From contig CAWCNY010000002.1 of the NCBI GenBank assembly GCA_963797095.1, forward strand, positions 1,248,001-1,312,000: DNA of 64,000 bases. The letters run 5' to 3'. Under the pieces are notes generated by a model, which saw only the letters and a list, made by a program, of their open reading frames with translations, did no database searches and had not been told where the DNA came from. How positions within the stretch are numbered: position 1 is the stretch's first letter; every line of letters begins with the position of its first letter. Shown piece after piece: positions 57,070 through 64,000 of this stretch. The position numbers and the translations under genes were made by a program. Origin of the DNA: an uncultured Chloroflexia bacterium (GTDB lineage: Bacteria; Chloroflexota; Chloroflexia; QHBQ01; JADMIH01).

Positions 57070-58152
57070 ATGACCAATATGAAAAGCTATACAGTGCGCG
57101 ATCGGTTGGAAGGGGAGGAGTATGAGCGACTCTCTCCTTTGTCGGCCAAGGCGGCGGAGGCTACCCGGCCTGTGCCTGAGGAGGAGTCGCCTGTGCGGAC
57201 GGCCTTCCAGCGCGACCGCGACCGGATCATCCACTCTAAGGCGTTCCGGCGACTGAAGCATAAGACGCAGGTCTTTATCGGGCCGATCAACGACCACTAC
57301 CGGACGCGTCTCACCCACACACTTGAGATGTCGCAGATCGCACGCACTCTGGCGCGGGCGCTTCGGCTGAACGAGGATTTGACCGAGGTGGTCGCGCTGG
57401 CCCATGATCTGGGGCACACTCCGTTCGGGCACGCCGGTGAGGACGCGCTCCGGCATATCTACGACCCGGAGTTCAAGCATAACCGCCAGTCGCTCCGCAT
57501 CGTGGACTACCTGGCGAACAGCGGCGAAGGTCTCAATCTCACTAACGACGTGCGCAATGCCCTCGTCGCTTCAACGCCGGTCGAGGAGAGCCTCGCTGCC
57601 GAGGGGAAGGGGTACGACTCCATCGAGTCGAAGATCGTCAAACTTGCCGATACCATCGCCTATATCAACCATGATACAGACGATGCTCTTCGCGCCCGAA
57701 TAATTACCCAGTCGGATATACCGCCAATCGTGAACGAGGTGCTTGGGTTGACCAATGCGCGGCGCATCAACACACTCGTAGTTGACATAATAGAGCAAAA
57801 CTGGCACCTGGCCTACCCAGGGTCGGACCTGGCTTCGCGAGATCGGTGCTCGGTTGAGCTAACTATCAGTCCTCACATCCAGGAAGCCGCCGATATCCTG
57901 AAGCAGTTTCTTTATCATAGGGTGTACACCGGGTCGGAGGCGAAGGCAGAGGTGCACAAAGTGGACCACCTCATTCAAACTCTTTTCGATTACTTCTGCG
58001 CCCATATAGGCGAGCTACCACCGGAGATGCGCGACAACCCGCGCGGCGAGCCTAGGGAGCGGCTGGTGGTGGACTACATTTCAGGGATGACCGACCGCTT
58101 CGCGATTGCTACTTTCGAGCGGCTTTTTGTGCCACGATCCTGGGATAGTTAG
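57070..58152 (+). CDS. dgt: Deoxyguanosinetriphosphate triphosphohydrolase
   Basis: FQRDRDRIIHS..FRRLKHKTQV, RTRLTH, HDLGHTPFGH, DYISGMTD. Confidence 0.93.
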   Translation: MTNMKSYTVRDRLEGEEYERLSPLSAKAAEATRPVPEEESPVRTAFQRDRDRIIHSKAFRRLKHKTQVFIGPINDHYRTRLTHTLEMSQIARTLARALRLNEDLTEVVALAHDLGHTPFGHAGEDALRHIYDPEFKHNRQSLRIVDYLANSGEGLNLTNDVRNALVASTPVEESLAAEGKGYDSIESKIVKLADTIAYINHDTDDALRARIITQSDIPPIVNEVLGLTNARRINTLVVDIIEQNWHLAYPGSDLASRDRCSVELTISPHIQEAADILKQFLYHRVYTGSEAKAEVHKVDHLIQTLFDYFCAHIGELPPEMRDNPRGEPRERLVVDYISGMTDRFAIATFERLFVPRSWDS

Positions 58153-58192
58153 CCGGTAGTCGGTCACGCGTCCTCCGACTACCGGCTACAGT

Positions 58193-59649
58193 TTAGGCCA
58201 TTTCTTCTGCCGGGCCGCTTGTCAGGCCCGTTTTCTTTTGCCTGCGCTTCTTGATCTGCTCGGAGAGCCAGGGGAAGGAGAGGCCCAGGCTCGCCAGGGT
58301 GTTTAGCGGCGCGAAGATATCTATGTTGCCCAGATTGAAGCCGCCGCTCTCCTGGGCCTGACCATCTACGGTCACCTGAACCAGTCCGGACCAGATCTGT
58401 CCTTCTATGGATTGGTCGCTCCATGTGGGCTTGCCTTGAGCGACCAGGCTGACCAGCAGAGTCTGTGGGCCTTGCGTCTTAGGGCTTGCTATCCAGGTCC
58501 ATTCCAGGCGTTGCTCACTCATCCACTGAGATTGCTGTGGTTCAGCGGGCGAGATGTTGAACTCAGGGCCGTCCACGCTGGCGCTCAGGGTAGTGACACC
58601 GTAGTCAGCCAGGGCCTCTTTTATGGAGGTGGCCTGGGTGTCGGCAGGCTCAACCAAAACGGTGATCGGAAGCGAGACATTGGCGTTCATATTGGTGGGG
58701 GCTTGTGTGCTCACCCTTACTTTGGGCGGGCTTGCCTGTAGTAGTTGCTCTACTTTGACGACGCTTGCGAATCCAGGTGGCGAGAAGATGGCTGTGCCAC
58801 CCCTTTCGGCGCGTCCTGGAGGTGTTTGTGCTGCCTCAGGAGTTGAGGTTGGATGGGGGTATGTATATGGTGGGGTGGGCAGGATGTATCCCCCAGGTTT
58901 GACAGTAGTAGTGCTTGTTGAAGTGGTAGTTGGCGTGTCCGTGGGGGTTGGGGTGAAGGATGATGCAGGCGTGCCGGTTGGTGAATGGGTGGGGGCGCTG
59001 GTCGCGACGGTTGGAGTGAGCGTCATTGTATAGGTAGCTGTGGGCGGGTTAATGCGGGTAGGAGTGGGCGTGTGGGTGTTGGTGGCTGTGGGGATTGTCT
59101 CAACGGTGACAGCCGCAAGGGGTGTCAGGGTGGCTGTTGGAGGCGCTATAGTAGGTGTCAAGGTTGGCGTGCCGGTTGGCGGTGGAGGAGGTACGGTTGG
59201 CGTGGGGGGAGTTACGACCGCTGTATCAGTTGGTGGGATCGCCTCTGTCTCTGTAGCCGTGGGACCGGTGGGTACCAGGGCGGTGTCTGTAGGTTGTAGG
59301 GACGTTGGCTGCTCAGGTGCGCTTGTTGGCGTTGCCAGCGGCTGGGTGGATGGCTCAGCCGTAGGGACGGCAGTGCTTGTGATTGCCTCAAGGGTCAATG
59401 CGGCGGTCGCAGATGGGATTGGCGTGGTGGTTAGGCCTGGGTGGTGGGCGTGGGCTGCTGGAAGGCAAGTGGCACCAGGGGGACAGGCTCTGATACGAGC
59501 ATTGTGCGACTCTGGCAAACGCACGCGCCGTTTTGCGTTTGAGTCGTAGGTCGAAGCGCGGCCTCGCCAACGCCGAGCACGATCAAGAACAGGCCAACAA
59601 GGGCCAACAGGCGGTTTGGTATTGCCCCGAGTCCCCTCCTTGTGCTCAA
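58193..59649 (-). pseudogene. Pro/Thr-rich membrane/secreted protein, frameshift near 59435
   Basis: Signal-like N-terminus (59431-59649) continues in another frame into PT repeats, a WTW..P domain and a C-terminal TM. Confidence 0.55.
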
Positions 59650-59862
59650 CTGAGTGCAAAATCGAGCGACTGGCGTAAGCTAGACCTCTAACTCGCGGAA
59701 ACCGGCTTATATCCGCTCATAACCAACCGAGCCTGTAAGAAAGGCTATTGCGCAAAGGTAATATTACCACGGTACAGGGGGCTTGCCTACCGGCAATTTA
59801 CGGCATAGCTGGTTTTACGGATTTTGGTTCTTGAATTGGCGAAAAGTAGCCAATCTTTCCTA

Positions 59863-59918
59863 TTGATTTTCAGTATAGAAGATGCTAACATACATATGTA
59901 CTTATAAATACATATGTA
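59863..59918 (+). promoter_or_regulatory. Sigma70-type promoter overlapped by two TACATATGTA palindromes
   Basis: TTGATT-N17-TAACAT; palindromes at 59891-59900 and 59909-59918. Confidence 0.65.
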
Positions 59919-59935
59919 TTGTAATGGAGAAGACA

Positions 59936-60619
59936 ATGGCTCACCCCGCGACCTTTCAAATGCCCACTACCGATGCCCTTACCGGCCTGCTGACATCGCC
60001 ATATTACCGGCACCTTTTGCGCGATGAATTGCTGCCGCAGGCAGAGCAATCAGGAGATCCGCTTACTCTTGTGCTGGTGGATGTGGACGGGTTTGAAGCT
60101 GTGAACAAGGCGCATGGGCGCAAGTGCGGCGATGACGTGCTTGTCACGGTGGCTCGTCTGTTGCAGGAGACTTTGCCGGAAAGCGCTCTTATCAGCAGGT
60201 ACAGCGGCGATGAATTCGCGGCTGCTCTGCCGGACACGCCACTGGATGATTGCTTTACGCTGCTTGAGGAGTTCCGGCGGAGAGTGGCTGCCTACCAGTG
60301 GGCAGATTGGCCTGGCTTGTCTGTCACTTGCTCGGTTGGGCTAGCAGCATACCCGGCGCACGGCCACGACGAGTCGGAGCTTGCCCGGCAGGGCGACGAT
60401 GCGCTGTACAATGCCAAGCTGACGGGGCGCAATAAGGTGTCGCTGCCGCTGGCAGACAGCCGTATGGTCACCAAGACCAGCCATTATACCGACGCCCAGT
60501 TGAAGCGCCTATCGCAACTGGCAAAGACTCTCAACCGCAAGGACGCGTCTTTGTTGCGTGAGGCGTTGGACGATCTACTCAAGAAGTACAACGACCGGTT
60601 GAATAGCCTGGCCGGATAG
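59936..60619 (+). CDS. GGDEF (SGDEF) domain fused to a C-terminal ribbon-helix-helix domain
   Basis: TDALTGL, DVDGF..VN..HG..GD, RYSGDEF, AKLTGRN; C-terminal TKTSHY..QLKRL..LA....DASLLREALDDLLKKY. Confidence 0.85.
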   Translation: MAHPATFQMPTTDALTGLLTSPYYRHLLRDELLPQAEQSGDPLTLVLVDVDGFEAVNKAHGRKCGDDVLVTVARLLQETLPESALISRYSGDEFAAALPDTPLDDCFTLLEEFRRRVAAYQWADWPGLSVTCSVGLAAYPAHGHDESELARQGDDALYNAKLTGRNKVSLPLADSRMVTKTSHYTDAQLKRLSQLAKTLNRKDASLLREALDDLLKKYNDRLNSLAG

Positions 60620-60703
60620 TAGATAGAAACGGATAAGAGTGCTGTGGGGCGGCTGCGGGACCTGCTTGACGTACCTTATCTTGCACGAATTGTCCCTTCC
60701 AGT

Positions 60704-60797
60704 TCATCCACACGGTGGATAACATCCCCGATTTCTGAGCAAAAACCTCTTGCAATTGGGTTATATTAAGGCATTATCCAACGTGGAATTATCCACA
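60704..60797. promoter_or_regulatory. DnaA-box cluster upstream of dnaG
   Basis: TTATCCACA (60789), TCATCCACA (60704), GGTGGATAA (60714), TTATCCAAC (60774). Confidence 0.6.
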
Positions 60798-60886
60798 ATC
60801 ACGCGCATATACTCGCGCTCCCGGCCTACATTTTAGCTTAGCCTCCGCGATTCCCGCACTTCTGTAGCGACTACTCGCAACCCGCA

Positions 60887-62824
60887 ATGCAAGACGACGT
60901 TATCTTCGAGATCAAACAACGCCTCGATGTGGAGACGGTGGTGGGCGAGACCGTTCGCCTGAGCCGTACCGGGCGCAACCTCAAAGGGCTTTGTCCTTTC
61001 CACAGCGAGAAGACCCCTTCGTTCGTCGTGTATCCGAAGGATGGCTCTTACCATTGCTTCGGTTGCGGCCAGGGCGGTGATATCTTCACATTCATGATGA
61101 AGACGCAAGGGCTGGATTTCAGGGGAGCGCTGGAGAAGTTGGCTGGGCGGGCGGGCGTCGAGCTAAAACCTCGCAACGAAAGTGCGGCGGCCGAGGATCG
61201 CGCACGCGAGCGCTTGAAAGAACTCTGCGCTGCTGCCGCCACGTTTTACGCTAACCTCTTGCGCACCAACCCTGGAGCCGCTGCTGCCCGTGCCTACGCC
61301 GAAAAGCGCGGCATTACGCCTGCCACTATCGAGACCTTCGAGATAGGCTATGCGCCGGACTCTTTCGACATACTGGGCAATTATCTACTTGGCCGTGGCT
61401 ATTCCTCGCAGGAGTTGATCGATGCGGGCGTGGTGGCCGAGCGCGAATCTGGTGGACACTATGACCGCTTCCGCAACCGTTTGCTTTTCCCGATCCGGGA
61501 TGCTAAGGGAGCGGTGGTCGGCTTCGGTGGGCGGTCGCTTGGCGACTCTACCCCCAAGTACCTCAACTCGCCGCAGTCGGCGGTGTTCGACAAGAGCAGC
61601 ATCCTGTACGGGTTCGACCTCGCTCGCCCACACATCCAGCGTTCGGGGCAGGTGGTGATCGTCGAAGGGTACATGGACGTGGTGATCGCCCACCAGGCGG
61701 GCCAGCACAACGTGATCGGCACAATCGGCACGGCACTTACGGATCGCCATGCGGACCTGCTCAAGCGCATCGCAAAGCGTGTGATCCTGTGTCTCGACCC
61801 GGATACCGCCGGGGACATGGCTGCCCTCAAGGGTTCAGAGGTGCTGCAGGAGCACGCCGAGCGGATCGCCATCCCGATTCGTGGTGAGCGCGGTCTCATG
61901 GGTGTGGAGCGCCGGTCCGATCTCGAAATCCGGATCATGCAGCTACCTCGCGGCGTCGATCCGGATGAGCTATTGTTATCCGAGGGCGGGCCTGCTCAAT
62001 GGGACAACCTGCGAGAGTCTGCGCTGCCATTGGTAGACCATGTGCTGGGAGTAGCTACCTCGCGCTACGACACCAATACGGCGCACGGCAAGTCGGATGC
62101 GGTGGGTGAGCTTGCCCTCTTTATTCGCGAGATAGGCGACCCTATCCAGCGCGCCCACTACATACAGCGCGTGGCCTCGGCCCTTCGAGTTCCGGAGGAC
62201 GCGGTGGAGGAAGCGGTAGGCAAGCGGCAGCGGCAGGCGGGCAGGAGGCCTGGGACGTATGATCGCAGACCGCCCACGCCAACCGGGCCTGATGCACAAC
62301 CCGAAAGCGAAGCGCAAGGAGTACGCTCAACTTCCAGGATCGACGCGACCCCTGAGGAACACCTTCTGAGCCTGGTGCTTCGCTACCCACAGACAACATG
62401 GATGGCGGGCGTGCCTGTGCCGGAGGATTTTACCCGCCTGGAAAACCGCCTTATCTACGAGGCTATGGTGAGCGTGGCGTCTTCTGTCGATAAAGTATCC
62501 CCCAACGCCGAAGTGATTCGTGCCTCGGCACTTGATCAACTCGACCCCGCTCTCCAGCCTCACTTCGAGCGCATACTTACCCGCGAGGAGCCGGAGCTAT
62601 ATCGCTTCGCGCTCCCCTATGAATTGGAGAACCGCCTGAAGCGCCTGCGGCGCTACAACGACCTGATGTGGAACCAGCAGTGCGGGTTGATGATCCGCGA
62701 AGCTGAAATGGCGGGCGATAACGAGACTATTGCCAAGCTGCTGCCCCTCTGGTCGCGCTCGCTCGCACGCTACCAGCACTATTACCCGAAGCAAAGCACC
62801 GTGTACCGCGACACCCGTGACTGA
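60887..62824 (+). CDS. dnaG: DNA primase
   Basis: CPFHSEKTPSF..CFGC, DRFRNR, KYLNSP, VEGYMDV TOPRIM. Confidence 0.96.
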   Translation: MQDDVIFEIKQRLDVETVVGETVRLSRTGRNLKGLCPFHSEKTPSFVVYPKDGSYHCFGCGQGGDIFTFMMKTQGLDFRGALEKLAGRAGVELKPRNESAAAEDRARERLKELCAAAATFYANLLRTNPGAAAARAYAEKRGITPATIETFEIGYAPDSFDILGNYLLGRGYSSQELIDAGVVAERESGGHYDRFRNRLLFPIRDAKGAVVGFGGRSLGDSTPKYLNSPQSAVFDKSSILYGFDLARPHIQRSGQVVIVEGYMDVVIAHQAGQHNVIGTIGTALTDRHADLLKRIAKRVILCLDPDTAGDMAALKGSEVLQEHAERIAIPIRGERGLMGVERRSDLEIRIMQLPRGVDPDELLLSEGGPAQWDNLRESALPLVDHVLGVATSRYDTNTAHGKSDAVGELALFIREIGDPIQRAHYIQRVASALRVPEDAVEEAVGKRQRQAGRRPGTYDRRPPTPTGPDAQPESEAQGVRSTSRIDATPEEHLLSLVLRYPQTTWMAGVPVPEDFTRLENRLIYEAMVSVASSVDKVSPNAEVIRASALDQLDPALQPHFERILTREEPELYRFALPYELENRLKRLRRYNDLMWNQQCGLMIREAEMAGDNETIAKLLPLWSRSLARYQHYYPKQSTVYRDTRD

Positions 62825-62949
62825 CCTGGATGCGGGGGAGACGGTGCGGTGACGAATTATCCTCAAACTCGGCAAGCTCACCCTCGTGAGCCACAAGCAT
62901 TTAGTTAGAGACGGACTAGAGTTTTTAGTAGAGATAGAGAGGGAAAGAG

Positions 62950-64000
62950 ATGGCGACAGCGGAATCAATTCACGGTATGGATATGCCGGAACCCACAAAC
63001 TCCGGCGCGACCAGGCAACCCAGGCTTAATAATATCACCCTGTTCCCGGTTGATGACCTGCTTCGTATGGGGCGGGTCCATGATCATGACTCGCACGATG
63101 ATCGCGGGCTGGACGCTGATCCGCATGATCCTATGCTGCATTTCGGCCTCGGCCTGGACGATGCCATGGGTCTGGGTATGCCCGACCTTACAGATGATGG
63201 AGCTGGCCTCCGTGAAGAGGACGACGTTCATATTGACGCCGTGCTCGACATGGAGGGGGTGAGTATTGACGACCCTGTGAGGATGTATCTGCGGGAGATA
63301 GGGCGCGTTTCGCTCCTCACAGCCGACCACGAAGTCTCGCTCGCCAAGCGTATAGAGCGCGGGGAGGCCCTGGGCAATTTCCTGAGGGATCTTGAGGACC
63401 AGTACGGGTTCACGCCACCGCCTGAGATCATTTGCCTGGAAGTGTATGAATGGCTGGTTACCCACTGGCGTATGCTGGAGGAGGTATACAAGGTCCAGTA
63501 CTCCGATGCTACCCCCGGCTCGCGCCGCACTCTGCTCTTATCGCTTTCGCCTGCCGATACTATTGACCAGGGCCTGCTGCGCAAACTGGCCGTTATGGAG
63601 GGGTGTAGTCCTGAGCGAGCCGCCGAAGTGGTGCACGATACATTACTTACTTCGCTTATGCTCCCTGAGCCTTTGCAGCTTGCATTTGACGAGGGGAACT
63701 GGCCCGATAATGAAGGTCTTGCCGATATTCTTCTCAGTATTGAAGAGCAACTGCAAAATCATTGGCGAGAGATATTAGAGGATGGCTGCAAGGCTCGCAA
63801 GCACCTGGTGGAGGCCAACCTGCGGCTTGTGGTGTCGGTCGCCAAGAAGTACACAGGGCGTGGTATGAGCCTGCTCGACCTGATCCAGGAGGGGAACCTG
63901 GGGCTGATGAAGGCGGTGGAAAAATTCCGCTATAGTAAAGGTTATAAGTTTTCGACTTATGCAACATGGTGGATACGGCAGGCCATCACGCGAGCTATCG
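62950..64000 (+). CDS. rpoD: Primary sigma factor RpoD (3'-truncated by window)
   Basis: [59 protein letters not shown]. Confidence 0.93.
   Translation, partial: MATAESIHGMDMPEPTNSGATRQPRLNNITLFPVDDLLRMGRVHDHDSHDDRGLDADPHDPMLHFGLGLDDAMGLGMPDLTDDGAGLREEDDVHIDAVLDMEGVSIDDPVRMYLREIGRVSLLTADHEVSLAKRIERGEALGNFLRDLEDQYGFTPPPEIICLEVYEWLVTHWRMLEEVYKVQYSDATPGSRRTLLLSLSPADTIDQGLLRKLAVMEGCSPERAAEVVHDTLLTSLMLPEPLQLAFDEGNWPDNEGLADILLSIEEQLQNHWREILEDGCKARKHLVEANLRLVVSVAKKYTGRGMSLLDLIQEGNLGLMKAVEKFRYSKGYKFSTYATWWIRQAITRAI

Overview
GC-rich bacterial chromosomal segment, probably Chloroflexota (inferred from DUF2298 'YYY' and SLH proteins, ppdK, dnaG-rpoD and frequent leaderless genes). Housekeeping and accessory genes flank a ~15-kb minus-strand RNA-repair island (21.4-36.3 kb). 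In transcription order it reads: a candidate attenuator, 21 tRNA genes, an array of ~14 Y-RNA-like ncRNAs, rsr (TROVE/Ro60), IS256, a HEPN RxxxxH protein, tRNA, an HNH endonuclease, 4 more tRNAs, and rtcB carrying an HNH-type intein at its catalytic Cys. The most striking feature is the Y-RNA array (30.8-32.8 kb). Nearly every unit has a Ro-binding bulged helix (GGU[A]CG/UUGACY or GGG[C]CG/UUGCCC) plus a GGUUAYC-type motif. Units occur in two topologies, canonical and circularly permuted inside a tRNA body, and a further copy abuts the rsr ribosome-binding site. Other notable items are atypical tRNAs, a GGDEF-RHH regulator with palindromic operators, a GxxExxY gene bracketed by dispersed inverted repeats, a GC-skew switch and several broken ORFs. 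All folding and family calls were made by eye, with no database searches.
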